Shown: piece after piece, positions 43,416-53,807 of the stretch
How positions within the stretch are numbered: position 1 is the stretch's first letter
Layout: each line of letters starts with the position of its first letter
Virus record (IMG/VR): IMGVR_UViG_3300022074_000048
Coordinates: 1-56,087 of that record
Source of the DNA: a virus
Lineage: Duplodnaviria > Caudoviricetes
Length of the DNA: 56,087 bases
Strand: one strand, 5' to 3'
The notes under the pieces: generated by a model
Databases searched by the model: none
Told to the model about the DNA's origin: nothing
What the model saw: the letters and a program-made list of their open reading frames with translations, nothing else
Position numbers and translations under genes: made by a program

Positions 43416-44107
43416 TTTTGACTCTCTCGTACGGCTTTAAGAGTCTCCTGTACGGTCATCTCTTTCTTAGCGTTAGGGTCGTACTTGCATTGATACTCTG
43501 ATGGAATAAACTCCATGTATTCAAATATTTGAGATTCAATCGTATTGTTCTGGCCTCGGAAAACACAAATGACCTGTTTGTTCTCCATCTTCTCGCACTT
43601 TACCTTGCGGCAGGTGGTCATTTGATCAGCCGCACTTGCTGCCTTACCCTGTAAAAACATCACAAAGAATGTAAGAGCCGCTGCACCGAAGCCGATCATC
43701 ACTATCCAAGCTACTATCTCGACAAACTTCTGACGACGTTCGCGTTGTTTATATAGCGTTTCTTGTCTGCGTTTCCGGATCTGGCCTTCCATACGAACTA
43801 GCTCGTCCCATTTTGACCTACCCATAGTCAGGCCGATCCACTGCTGAAGTTCGTATCTCTGTTGTTGGGCTTTCTGTTTGTTGGCAAAAGTCATTATGGC
43901 CTCTTGCTCAACGCTTTGACCACCAAATAACTTTTTAAATATTGGGGGATTCTTGGCCTCTTTCTCCATCTGATCTAGATCAGAAAGCGCACCCATCCAA
44001 CGCGAAAGGTCGGATGCCATTGATTCTATATCACGACCAACTGCAAACCCTTTTTTTAATACTCCGAAGGCCGCTGAAGCAGTGGCCATTGCACTTACTG
44101 GATCCAT
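43412..44107 (-). CDS. Membrane-anchored coiled-coil protein with Cys-rich C-terminal domain
   Basis: MDPVSA.A.A..AF, coiled coil, one TM helix, four Cys downstream. Confidence 0.65.
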   Translation of the reverse strand: MDPVSAMATASAAFGVLKKGFAVGRDIESMASDLSRWMGALSDLDQMEKEAKNPPIFKKLFGGQSVEQEAIMTFANKQKAQQQRYELQQWIGLTMGRSKWDELVRMEGQIRKRRQETLYKQRERRQKFVEIVAWIVMIGFGAAALTFFVMFLQGKAASAADQMTTCRKVKCEKMENKQVICVFRGQNNTIESQIFEYMEFIPSEYQCKYDPNAKKEMTVQETLKAVRESQK

Positions 44108-44110
44108 ATA

Positions 44111-47068
44111 TCATCTGTTCCCTGCTTCTAGTTCTTGTAAAATAGCTCTTGCAGCATTCGGTTTATCGACAGGTAAACCTCTATCATCAGGATAGTCGTA
44201 ACGACCTAATAAAACTCGACCCAATGTTTTTTCTACTTCAGCCGCGAATATTGATTTTTTAGATAACTTAGCTAATTCCGCCATAGCCCTTGGATCAGAA
44301 AGAGCGATTGTTAAAGCATCTTGTTTTACGTTTCCTCGAATTTTGTTAAATGCTGTCAAAAAACGACCAGGACGCGTAAACATACCAACATAGCCCCGAA
44401 TAAGACCTGTTAACATATTTCCTTCTTGACGTGCTCCTCGTTTTGGAACTTCTGTAAGAGCTACTTCTGTAGCGTCAACAACAGTGCGAAGATTATTTAC
44501 ATAATCCGCGCCAAAAAGTGTCGTCATCTTATCTCTATTACCATCTATATATTCGCGCATTGCAGCAGGATCTACGACTTCTCGACCGTTAACAGTCTTT
44601 ACCCTACCCGCCGCAGGATCCCACATGTCTTTATAAACGAACGCTTTAAATGTATCTAAAAGATCAGGAGATTCTCGTAGTAACGAATAAACTTGATCGA
44701 ATTTAGCAAACCGATCAGCCTTCCATGTATTTTCAAATATAGTTTCTGGCTCAAGAGCTTTACCACCCCCAAGATCAAATTTATCATTGATTTTAGCTAG
44801 AGTAGCTTTTTGTCGAGCTTGAATTTGAAGCACTTGTTCAGAAAATTCTGTAGCTGAACCTAACGCATTCCTTTCAGCTTGAGTTAAATAAGTGTCCATT
44901 GCCGTACCGTAAGTTTCTATAAAACGATTATGGGCGACAACATCTATTTTTTGTATTTGACCACGGCTATCTGTTTTTACTACTGTATCTAACCATTTTT
45001 TACGAATAGTTGCGCCGACATCCGCAAATAAATCGGCGTTAGCAGGAATATTAAGTTCAGAAGCAATATCTAAAACAGCGGTTTTTCCTGTACGGTCAGG
45101 TTGAAATAATAAATTCCACGCCGCTTCTGGGTTTTTAGCATTACGCAATTTAGCAACGGCAGATTTTGTTGCATTTCTAAACCGAGCAGAAAAATCAGCA
45201 AAACTATCGTCTAGTGCACGTAGTTCATCAGCCATTCCTGCGGGAGCGTCTTTACGAGAAAGAATTCGAGTTCGTGCCGTTTCTAATGCATCAACCATTC
45301 CTGAGATAGTTTCAGGGCTAGGTGCGTCTTCGCCTCTTTGAGCGGCGTTAAACGCCTTACGTTCTAGTCGTCTTAGGTCACGAATATTTTCGTTAAGTGT
45401 ACGAAGAGAAACAGGTTTTACTTTAATAGCCGCGCCAGATTGACTTTCTAAAAAAGAATCAAGAACTCTATTTATGACTTGAGTATCTTGTGGACTTGCA
45501 AAAGGTCGATCAGGTAGTGTTTTTCTTATATCAAGAGCAAAGTTCACAGCTTCAGTGGGCTTTATACCGCCCTTACCAATAACAACAGAGTTGATATCAA
45601 CCCCAGTTGCTGCAGACCAACGACTAAATAAATCTTCGTATTGTTTTCCGATAGCTGCACTAGCAGTTGCGTAAGAATCTCCAATAGCGTCCCTAGCAGC
45701 AGCACCTATAGACGAGGCGTCTGCTACGCTAGATGGTAGATTAACTGCATCGTCGATTGCTGTTTGTACGTTAGAAAGCGAATCATCAATAATTGTTTGA
45801 GTTTGCCTAGTTTGCGTTTCTAACCGGATCGCCGCTTCAGTTTGAATACTTTCGCCTAAACGTAAACGTTCTACTTCACCTGCTTTTGCAGCTGTGCCTT
45901 CTACACCTACAGGCATAGGGGGTTCAGTTGCCGCTTCTTTTAAAGCTCTCTCAGCAGTTAACGCCGCTGTTCGACTCGGGGTTAATATCCCTTCTGCCGT
46001 TTCTCGAGAGGGCGAAGTAATTACACCCGCTTCACGTTCAGCAAGTTCTGTTGCTGATGCTTGCATCGCTGCTGCATCACCTATATTAGTAGCGTCTTTA
46101 GCTCCTGCTTCTAATACTTGCGCTGAAGAAGGTATTATTCCTTTTTTATCCGCTGCTTTACCAGCCGGAGATGTTACATATTTTTCGTAAGCTCGCAAAA
46201 ACGTAGCTTCATCAATATCGAAATTAAATTTTGGATTAGCTAACCCTATACCCCTAAGAACAGGGGCAAACATTTTAAAGGCTAATGCACCTCCAACACC
46301 AAAAGCTCCCGACCATTTTGCTTCTTCAAAAGCCTGACGTAAAATTTGTTCGTCGTTTACGTCTTCGGGTAAGTACCCCATATTTTGAGCAAATTTTAAA
46401 CGAGTTAATGAAGTTGCTCCCGCCGCTAATGACGATGCAATAATAGAAGGCACACCTGTTTGACCAACTCCTGGAATACCTGCAGCTAAAACGCCAGCGG
46501 TTACTTCAGTTGCAATAGGCAATAAAGTATCTGCGGATATATCAGCTAAATCCCCAGGAAGGTCTAAAACGTTATCAAGAGTCGCATAAGGGTCGATAAG
46601 GTTATACTTCCCCTCGAACCTTGGATCTTTAAATTCTAGTTTATTACTAACAGGACCAACACGAAGACCAAAATCATAGTCATCGTTAACAAGACCCTCA
46701 CCCATAAAATAACGTTTTAAGTTATGCTCTACATTTTTCTTTTGAAGCTCTGGATCAAAAAGAGTTGTCGTACTTAATTGTGCACGCAACAGCGTAGGTA
46801 ATCCTTCGTTAAGTATTCCTTCTTGAGCTACTTGTTGAGCAGTGCTTCTTGTAACCTGAGCATCATCTTCATAATCGCCAAGAAAAGATTTAGATAAATA
46901 ATCAGCAACACTTGAACCAATATCAGGTAGTGCATTAAAAGAAGGTGGCCTAGTTTGAACGGGAGGCGTAGCTGTAGGAATAGCAGAGGTCGAAGCTGCA
47001 TTAGCCGACGACTGCGAAAGCCTTTGTAAAATCAAAGGATCAAGATTAACTACATCATCTTCTGCCAT
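44111..47068 (-). CDS. Large internal virion/ejection protein
   Basis: 985 aa, helical, Ala-rich, with a Gly/Ala hydrophobic segment; last of the ejection cluster. Confidence 0.65.
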   Translation of the reverse strand: MAEDDVVNLDPLILQRLSQSSANAASTSAIPTATPPVQTRPPSFNALPDIGSSVADYLSKSFLGDYEDDAQVTRSTAQQVAQEGILNEGLPTLLRAQLSTTTLFDPELQKKNVEHNLKRYFMGEGLVNDDYDFGLRVGPVSNKLEFKDPRFEGKYNLIDPYATLDNVLDLPGDLADISADTLLPIATEVTAGVLAAGIPGVGQTGVPSIIASSLAAGATSLTRLKFAQNMGYLPEDVNDEQILRQAFEEAKWSGAFGVGGALAFKMFAPVLRGIGLANPKFNFDIDEATFLRAYEKYVTSPAGKAADKKGIIPSSAQVLEAGAKDATNIGDAAAMQASATELAEREAGVITSPSRETAEGILTPSRTAALTAERALKEAATEPPMPVGVEGTAAKAGEVERLRLGESIQTEAAIRLETQTRQTQTIIDDSLSNVQTAIDDAVNLPSSVADASSIGAAARDAIGDSYATASAAIGKQYEDLFSRWSAATGVDINSVVIGKGGIKPTEAVNFALDIRKTLPDRPFASPQDTQVINRVLDSFLESQSGAAIKVKPVSLRTLNENIRDLRRLERKAFNAAQRGEDAPSPETISGMVDALETARTRILSRKDAPAGMADELRALDDSFADFSARFRNATKSAVAKLRNAKNPEAAWNLLFQPDRTGKTAVLDIASELNIPANADLFADVGATIRKKWLDTVVKTDSRGQIQKIDVVAHNRFIETYGTAMDTYLTQAERNALGSATEFSEQVLQIQARQKATLAKINDKFDLGGGKALEPETIFENTWKADRFAKFDQVYSLLRESPDLLDTFKAFVYKDMWDPAAGRVKTVNGREVVDPAAMREYIDGNRDKMTTLFGADYVNNLRTVVDATEVALTEVPKRGARQEGNMLTGLIRGYVGMFTRPGRFLTAFNKIRGNVKQDALTIALSDPRAMAELAKLSKKSIFAAEVEKTLGRVLLGRYDYPDDRGLPVDKPNAARAILQELEAGNR

Positions 47069-49422
47069 TAGGGTGTCGCCTGTTGTTTAAATTTATCTAA
47101 AATATCAGCAGGAACTGTGTTTATAATAACGTCTAATTGATCAGGCGTAATATACGAAGGGTCTGACGGATCGAGTTGTGAACGTCTCGCTGCATCGTTA
47201 AGAACGTCAATAAAACTAAGCTCTCTTGCTGAATATGTTGGTTGCCCATCAACGTTACCTGCGCCATCCCCACGATAAGCGTCTACTGATTGGAATTTAA
47301 TTCGACCATTAACTAACCCAACCCGATCAGCAAGACCAGTTCGAATTCCCTCATTATTTTTTAAAAAGCTAGGCAAATTAAATTTAGTTTTATTAGCAAT
47401 CTCATCGTCACTTAACTTTTCAACATCTCTTAAATATTTTATATTCGCGGGAGACTGATGAACACTATCAAAACTAATCGCATAAGCATTAGTTGCTGTA
47501 TCAAGAGCTTGGTTAATACCCGTAATCAACATATCTGCATTAGCAAACCATTTACCTTCTGCTATATCACCGCCACCAAAAGTAACAAGAGCCGCTGCCA
47601 CGTCTTTATCCGTTAGCTTACCTGTTTCACGGCTACCCGCTAAAGCGTAAGCAAAACTCATTAATTGACTTTGTACTTCAGCATTTCCTTGAGCAAGACT
47701 TTGCAAATTAGTAAAGACTTTGCCGACTGTGGTGTTACCAATTCTTTCTGTACTACCTAACATAGACGGCGTAATAACGCCACTAGCATAATTACCAGCG
47801 TTATCGGAAGCCCGTTCGCCAAAGGCTCCAGTTACAGCATCTAGCTGTCCTTTAGCCCCACCGATAAATTTACCAAATTGCGCAACAACACCTACCGAAT
47901 CCGCAGGGGCGGGAGTATTAGATAAAGATCTTAAAATATTGTCACCAAGACCAAAAGCGGCTGCGAGACTATCTCCTTGTTTAGAAAGTGTTACAGCTTT
48001 ACTAGCTGCATCAGCAGCAGTAAATGCTCCTGCCGCACCTTCACCTGCAGCCACCATGCGTCCTTCTACGAAAACATAGCTTTGAGGAGATTTGCGTTCT
48101 GATAGTATATCAATCCGCCCTTCAACTTCATTTAATTCATTAACTATTCGTTTATATTCATCACTATCTGTGTTAGTAATTGCGTTTCTTGCTGTAATTA
48201 GTTCAGCTCTAGCTGTGAATTGCCGACTAAGCTCGTCTTGACCACCTATAGATTTATCTACGCTTAAAACATTCGTCATTGCTAGTTCGGTAGCTGGTTT
48301 AGATTTATCACTAAACCCTTGTACTTTATATTCTTTACCAACTACAAAAGCCTCTGGGAAAGCGGTTGGAAAGGCGGTCTTATAACGATTATAAGTAGCT
48401 TCATCAGAAATAGTAAAAGTAGATTCTACAATATTCGACGCATCAGAAATATTATCTAGTCTTAGACCGTTGTTTTTTAACAAGGCATAAAAAGTCGAAG
48501 GTACTTGATCAACAGAAACGCCTTTAAACGCATTAGGAAAACGAGCGATAATTGGTAACGCTTTTTCTTTTTGATCAGAAGTCAAAGTATTAATCGAAGA
48601 TGTAATCGCTGTTGACCTAGCTTTAGCTTCTGCGTCAGAAATTTTTTCTTCTGCTTGAAAAAATTTAGCAAGATCCATTGCTAAACTAAGTGAGTCAGTT
48701 TTTTGTTTAGCAAGTTGACCTGCGAGCTGAACACCTAATGTTTTACGTGATTTTTCATCCTCTCGGAAAATACCGAAAGCTAATTTATCCATCATGTCAG
48801 ACCGCGCACGTGCTTCTTTTCCTCGCGCTTTACCGACAGCTAAACCTTTTTTACCTGCTCCACCTATATCACCTAAAAACGACCCAGTACTTGTTTTAGG
48901 ATCAAGTAAATCTAAACCAATAGTTAAAGCAACGTCTGCCCACACAGGAACTTCATCGTCTTTCTTTAGATCAAAAAACTTTTGAACTTCAGCTTTTGCT
49001 GCTTCGGGTGTTGCTTTTTCACCGACTAAACTTTTTAAAAGTTGAGTAGACGAGGTATCGTTTTGAAGTTTTACAACAGCCCCTAAAATTTTTGCTATTT
49101 CAGGGTTTTCGTTATGAATATCTTGTACACTAGGGTCGACTTTATTATTATCGTCTGTCGCCATAGTCATAAGTTTGTCGGGATCAGCGTTATCTAACCT
49201 TGGGCCAAATATTTGTTGGCCTACATCTTTTGCAGCTTCATCACTAAGCAACTGGTTCTGTGTAGTTTCAGGAAACATACCCAAACTCATGCCTCTTCCC
49301 GCATCAATTTGAGGCATACTCATTCCTGAAGTATTTTGCGGAAAACCTACACGCGGTGCAGTTTGTTGCAAAAACAAAGATTTTGCAGCTGCAGGAGTCA
49401 AAGTCCGAGGATCAAGAGCCAT
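47068..49422 (-). CDS. Internal virion/ejection protein
   Basis: 784 aa, helical; G.LTDKDV motif. Confidence 0.65.
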   Translation of the reverse strand: MALDPRTLTPAAAKSLFLQQTAPRVGFPQNTSGMSMPQIDAGRGMSLGMFPETTQNQLLSDEAAKDVGQQIFGPRLDNADPDKLMTMATDDNNKVDPSVQDIHNENPEIAKILGAVVKLQNDTSSTQLLKSLVGEKATPEAAKAEVQKFFDLKKDDEVPVWADVALTIGLDLLDPKTSTGSFLGDIGGAGKKGLAVGKARGKEARARSDMMDKLAFGIFREDEKSRKTLGVQLAGQLAKQKTDSLSLAMDLAKFFQAEEKISDAEAKARSTAITSSINTLTSDQKEKALPIIARFPNAFKGVSVDQVPSTFYALLKNNGLRLDNISDASNIVESTFTISDEATYNRYKTAFPTAFPEAFVVGKEYKVQGFSDKSKPATELAMTNVLSVDKSIGGQDELSRQFTARAELITARNAITNTDSDEYKRIVNELNEVEGRIDILSERKSPQSYVFVEGRMVAAGEGAAGAFTAADAASKAVTLSKQGDSLAAAFGLGDNILRSLSNTPAPADSVGVVAQFGKFIGGAKGQLDAVTGAFGERASDNAGNYASGVITPSMLGSTERIGNTTVGKVFTNLQSLAQGNAEVQSQLMSFAYALAGSRETGKLTDKDVAAALVTFGGGDIAEGKWFANADMLITGINQALDTATNAYAISFDSVHQSPANIKYLRDVEKLSDDEIANKTKFNLPSFLKNNEGIRTGLADRVGLVNGRIKFQSVDAYRGDGAGNVDGQPTYSARELSFIDVLNDAARRSQLDPSDPSYITPDQLDVIINTVPADILDKFKQQATP

Positions 49423-50312
49423 TACGGAGTTCCTCCACCAAGATTTAACCCAGTCCCGCCAAACATTTGTGGGCGATAACCTAATTGACCAGCTAATCCT
49501 AGACCCGTTGCAGCAATACCTGCGATTTGGCTTAATGGGCTTTGGCTAGGTGTTGTCCCTACAGAAAGCGAAGACTGAGTAGTTGGTACGCCACGAAGTA
49601 AATCACTAAAGAAGCCTAACCGTTGATACGGTTCATAAGATTGTTGAAGAGCAGTAGCTCGTTGAGCATCTACAACACCTTGTGCTTGTTGCTGATAAAG
49701 CGAACCAATACCCAAAAGATTAGAAATATCTTGCTGACCAAGTTGTTGTTGCTGTGCTCCTAACCCAGCCATTTGTCCACCGAACTGACCTAACCCTTGA
49801 GCGACTCGTTGTTGTTGACCAAGTGCAGACTGATAACCAGCTTCACGTAATTTAGCCGCTGTGTCCGCAAATTGACGACCAGCGGCTCCAGCTAATTCAG
49901 TTTGTGCAAGACGTTCGCGAGACCCACCAAAAGCCCCTCGGGAAACAGCGTTTCCCGCAATACCTTGCGCTTGAATTTGACGATTACGTTCGATATCTTG
50001 ACCAACTTGGTCAATAACATCTTGCGTATACGGACTCATAAATTGACGATAAGCAGTCGGGTCTGCAAGTATTCCGGCACCCTGCGTAGTCAAGTTTGTC
50101 GCAGATTGCATAAAAGGACTATATGCACCAACACCTTGGTTAGCTAATTGACCAGCTTGAATTTGTTCTGGGGTTAGCCCTGCAACTTGTATATTAGGAA
50201 CGTTTTGAGGGGTCTGAACTCGCTTATAACCCGATTCAAGGAGCTTACGAGTATAATCCTCCATAAAAGGAGCAAGGCGGGTAATATTTTCTACTGTTTG
50301 TGTTTCAGCCAT
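49422..50312 (-). CDS. DNA transfer/ejection protein
   Basis: FMSPY.Q.V, GAFGGSR, Gln-rich helices, terminal Gly-rich hydrophobic helix. Confidence 0.7.
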   Translation of the reverse strand: MAETQTVENITRLAPFMEDYTRKLLESGYKRVQTPQNVPNIQVAGLTPEQIQAGQLANQGVGAYSPFMQSATNLTTQGAGILADPTAYRQFMSPYTQDVIDQVGQDIERNRQIQAQGIAGNAVSRGAFGGSRERLAQTELAGAAGRQFADTAAKLREAGYQSALGQQQRVAQGLGQFGGQMAGLGAQQQQLGQQDISNLLGIGSLYQQQAQGVVDAQRATALQQSYEPYQRLGFFSDLLRGVPTTQSSLSVGTTPSQSPLSQIAGIAATGLGLAGQLGYRPQMFGGTGLNLGGGTP

Positions 50313-50321
50313 AAATCGCTC

Positions 50322-51401
50322 CTACGCTTTTGCGTTAGCATCTGCTTTACGCTCGAACGCTCTCATAATTCCCATCATAGTTTTTGCACCACGGTCGGGG
50401 TTGTTTTGTCCAGTCGGATCCGCCCCAGCTACCGCTTTGCCCGTTTGAACAAATTCTGTATTAGAAAGTAACGTTGGAATTTTATCGTCCCTTGGTCCTC
50501 CTGGACCTGTAATATAACCACCGTAAGCGGCTTGCCTAAACATAGGGCGTCCAAGCGGATCACGTTGGAACGGTTGGTAATCAGTTACATAATCAGCAGG
50601 ATTAGAAGATGCTATTGTTTGTTCTAAACCAAATAGAGAATTTTGTGGTGGAGGCGTTAATTCATCCGGTAAACGGGGGTTTTCACCTCTAGCTAAAGCA
50701 GCATAATATTCATCTACGATACTACGTTTATTTGGAGAGGCTACTTCATCTGGTTTCATAGCGTCTGTAAACACCCCACCAATAGCAGGAGATAGAGCTA
50801 ACGCCGCCGCTGTTCCTGCGGGTACAGCGGCTAGTTGTCCCATAATCCCAGTTCCTGCGGCCTGTGGTAAGGCTCCTGCGGCGGCGTTACCTGTTAAGCT
50901 ACCTAAAGTAGGCGAACCGCCCCCAGCGGCGGCTATACCGCTATCTAATCCTGGACCAAGAAACTTTGCCCCTGCAAAGCTCATACCCGCTGTAAGAAGA
51001 GCCTGTTCGGGTGATTGACCAGCGGCTAACCCTCCGATACCACCGCCAATAGCGGCTCCTGCAGGACCACCTACTGCAAAACCTACAATAGAACCAATCA
51101 TAGGTGCGGCTTTTTTAAGGGTTTTTCCTAAAGATTTAAAGAAAAATTCAGGTTGTCCTGTATCGGGGTTAATTGAATTAAGTTCGTTACCAACAATATA
51201 ACGCTCAGGATTTGTAATCCCGACAGCTTTCATTTGTTTAAATAAACTATTTTTTAATTTGGGGTTTGCTTCTAAAACTTCAGCAGGAACTACCGTCTCA
51301 CCTTCCGCCGCATGAACAATATAATTGTCCTCATAGCGACCAAGAGAAGCTAAACCTTTAGCTATATTTTCATATTGAGCCGTTTGCTGCATATTCATCA
51401 C
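50322..51401 (-). CDS. Internal virion protein
   Basis: GR.ED....H...GE.VVP, SINP.TG.PEFF, Gly-zipper, GG.I.GPGG..DD.IP..LS..EFV. Confidence 0.65.
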   Translation of the reverse strand: MMNMQQTAQYENIAKGLASLGRYEDNYIVHAAEGETVVPAEVLEANPKLKNSLFKQMKAVGITNPERYIVGNELNSINPDTGQPEFFFKSLGKTLKKAAPMIGSIVGFAVGGPAGAAIGGGIGGLAAGQSPEQALLTAGMSFAGAKFLGPGLDSGIAAAGGGSPTLGSLTGNAAAGALPQAAGTGIMGQLAAVPAGTAAALALSPAIGGVFTDAMKPDEVASPNKRSIVDEYYAALARGENPRLPDELTPPPQNSLFGLEQTIASSNPADYVTDYQPFQRDPLGRPMFRQAAYGGYITGPGGPRDDKIPTLLSNTEFVQTGKAVAGADPTGQNNPDRGAKTMMGIMRAFERKADANAKA

Positions 51402-51445
51402 CTTTTTAGAAAGATACCTCTTTCTTCATTATGACGCAACTGTTG

Positions 51446-51733
51446 TTAAGAAACAGTCACGGTCACTGTACCGACAGAAGTCGTTGCGCTAACACTACCA
51501 GAAAATATATCCGTAGTCGCAACCACCCTTAAAAACCCTGCTTCTCCGATATAAAAATCTCCATTTTCCAAAGTATTTGCTGCGCCTGAACTAGGAATAC
51601 CTTGGAAATTAACTTTTGCATCTCGAACCTCATCTATTAACCGATCTAAAGCCCGAGCTAATTGATTAACGTAAACAGGATCATATTGATCAGGAGCGAT
51701 CGGTAGTATAGGTCGTACAACTTTTTTAGTCAT
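51446..51733 (-). CDS. Small tail protein
   Basis: LP.AP..YD..Y..QL...L; coupled to the nozzle gene. Confidence 0.6.
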   Translation of the reverse strand: MTKKVVRPILPIAPDQYDPVYVNQLARALDRLIDEVRDAKVNFQGIPSSGAANTLENGDFYIGEAGFLRVVATTDIFSGSVSATTSVGTVTVTVS

Positions 51734-53598
51734 CGTCTACCATCCGGACGAACATCCATCCGAGGTGCGCCTAACCGCCATTTTACTCCTGTTCCTGTAT
51801 TTTCGACTCTAATCGACATTTGCCGACCACGTGCTCTAAGATCAATTTTATCTGTGTATTGTTCTACAGGAGACGTAGCTGTTCTTATCGCAGAATCTGA
51901 AGGTGACTCAGTAAAATTATCACCTCCGAAATCCCTACTACGAATTGTAAATAAAGCAGCAGGATTAGCGGCAGACGATCCACTAAAACTTAAATCAGGA
52001 AGAATCCTATTAACCAGCATAAATTGATGACCGTCTCCGATATCAAAATCAGAAGATTCAACAAAAGCATTTATTGCTACAGCACTACCGCTACTATAAT
52101 CGTCTAACCCATTTTCATGGTCATATAAATAAAAGTCTGTACCTGTGCCTTGAGGAAAACTACGCAAACCTGTGGCGCGATCATTCCAAGTAGTCCGTAC
52201 TAAAGTGCCATAATACCAGACTTGCTGTCCGTAATTATAAACAACGTATCTATCAATTTCAGTTGACCCCGAAGAACAATAATGCCACCAAATTTCTGTC
52301 TGACTAGCAATCGAACCGCCATGAAATTTAAACGACTGTTGGTTATTCATGTCGTTAAAAACATAATCACGAACGCTACACGGTATAGCTTGTATCCGAC
52401 CGTCATAAACATAAAAATTTTCTTGGCCCATCCAAAATACAACATCGTTTACACCTACGACTGTATTTGGTCCTGCAATACGAATATTATCGCCTAGCAT
52501 TGAAACGCCGAAAGTAAACGGTGGCCCTAGAAACTGCATGGAATACAGAGCTTGGTCTGTCCAAACCAGTATCTGACGGCTTGTTTGAATCGCTGTAATA
52601 ATTTCACTACCTTTAGATAAGCGTAAATCTCCAGCGGTATTAGTTGCTTTAGGTGTCCAATCGACTACAGATTCTTGACTAGAAAACCGGATAAGAAGTG
52701 GGTCTTGAACAGCTGAACCTATTTCATTAGTACCGAAAGCAATACAATGACGATCAACGTCAGATACTAAAATCTTACGAGCTACTGTAGGAACATCACT
52801 TGCTCCTGTAAGACTTGTTAATGATACGGCTCTTGTACTTGTTCCGTTCGTAGCGTCCCAATAAAAAATTTCTCCGTTCATAACGTTAAAGATCAGGTCT
52901 TCACCAAAGTTGTCTGCGGCCCACAGGCGTAATGTCTGACCAGCAAGAGCACCAGAACTAGACCCCCACTCAAAGCGGCCCCATGTGCCTGCACCCCAAC
53001 CTGTGCCAAGGATCGTGGTTGTTATGCCGATGTTGATCTGAAAAGCGGCAGTACCAGACGATCCGCCACCTGCTGTACTGCCAGAAGAAGCAGATCCTGC
53101 GGTGCTAATAGTAAATGTGGTGGTGGTTGGTACACTTGTAATTTTGTGCTCAATATTTAACTGCGCCGCCGTAACGCCATCAGTGGTTGCAAGACCCGCA
53201 AGTGTAACAAAGTCGCCTGTGATTGCGCCATGTGCAGATTGCGTGGTTACGGTAACTACGCCGCTACCCGCTCCGCCTGTTGTGTTTACAGGATTTGATC
53301 CAAGGCTAACGGTAGATCGAATCGGAGTGATGTCGTTAAAGACGCCGGAGTCTTCAAGAAAGACCTTTTGCTCTGTGCCTATAAACAACAGATTGGCCGA
53401 AGCCAAGGTAACGAAATCGTATATCTTACGAGCTATGCCGGTAAACTTGTTGTTTGATACACGAACCCAACCGCCTATGCGCTCGACATAGCCGTTACGA
53501 AACCTGATTTTGTTCCCATCAAACCAGCCACCTTCATTAGAGTAGTTTGTGCCCTCTCTGTTGATGCCCGGTTTGAATTGCAGTTTGCTTAGTGGCAT
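51730..53598 (-). CDS. Tail nozzle / tail tubular protein B-like (packaged-DNA stabilisation)
   Basis: MPL.KLQFKPGINRE.T.Y..EGGW, DNFGE.L, IRFS.QE, NTAG..RL, C-terminal RARGRQ...WRLG..R.D..PDGRR. Confidence 0.75.
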   Translation of the reverse strand: MPLSKLQFKPGINREGTNYSNEGGWFDGNKIRFRNGYVERIGGWVRVSNNKFTGIARKIYDFVTLASANLLFIGTEQKVFLEDSGVFNDITPIRSTVSLGSNPVNTTGGAGSGVVTVTTQSAHGAITGDFVTLAGLATTDGVTAAQLNIEHKITSVPTTTTFTISTAGSASSGSTAGGGSSGTAAFQINIGITTTILGTGWGAGTWGRFEWGSSSGALAGQTLRLWAADNFGEDLIFNVMNGEIFYWDATNGTSTRAVSLTSLTGASDVPTVARKILVSDVDRHCIAFGTNEIGSAVQDPLLIRFSSQESVVDWTPKATNTAGDLRLSKGSEIITAIQTSRQILVWTDQALYSMQFLGPPFTFGVSMLGDNIRIAGPNTVVGVNDVVFWMGQENFYVYDGRIQAIPCSVRDYVFNDMNNQQSFKFHGGSIASQTEIWWHYCSSGSTEIDRYVVYNYGQQVWYYGTLVRTTWNDRATGLRSFPQGTGTDFYLYDHENGLDDYSSGSAVAINAFVESSDFDIGDGHQFMLVNRILPDLSFSGSSAANPAALFTIRSRDFGGDNFTESPSDSAIRTATSPVEQYTDKIDLRARGRQMSIRVENTGTGVKWRLGAPRMDVRPDGRR

Positions 53599-53601
53599 TC
53601 A

Positions 53602-53805
53602 TCAATCCGCATCTGCTATGGTCAGTGTACCGGCTGCGACCTGACGCATGATTTCTGCGTAGTGGCGGTTGCCGGGTGCGAGAGGTACGTCCATTTCCAC
53701 ATTGTCAATCGTGGCTATAATTGCTTTATTTACCCCATCAAGAACTAACTCATCGCTATCATTTAAGATTCTGTTTTGCGCATATCTGGCTGATGTAATG
53801 TTCAT
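53602..53805 (-). CDS. Small tail-fibre-associated protein
   Basis: VPL.P.NRHY.EI......G..TIADAD. Confidence 0.65.
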   Translation of the reverse strand: MNITSARYAQNRILNDSDELVLDGVNKAIIATIDNVEMDVPLAPGNRHYAEIMRQVAAGTLTIADAD

Positions 53806-53807
53806 TA

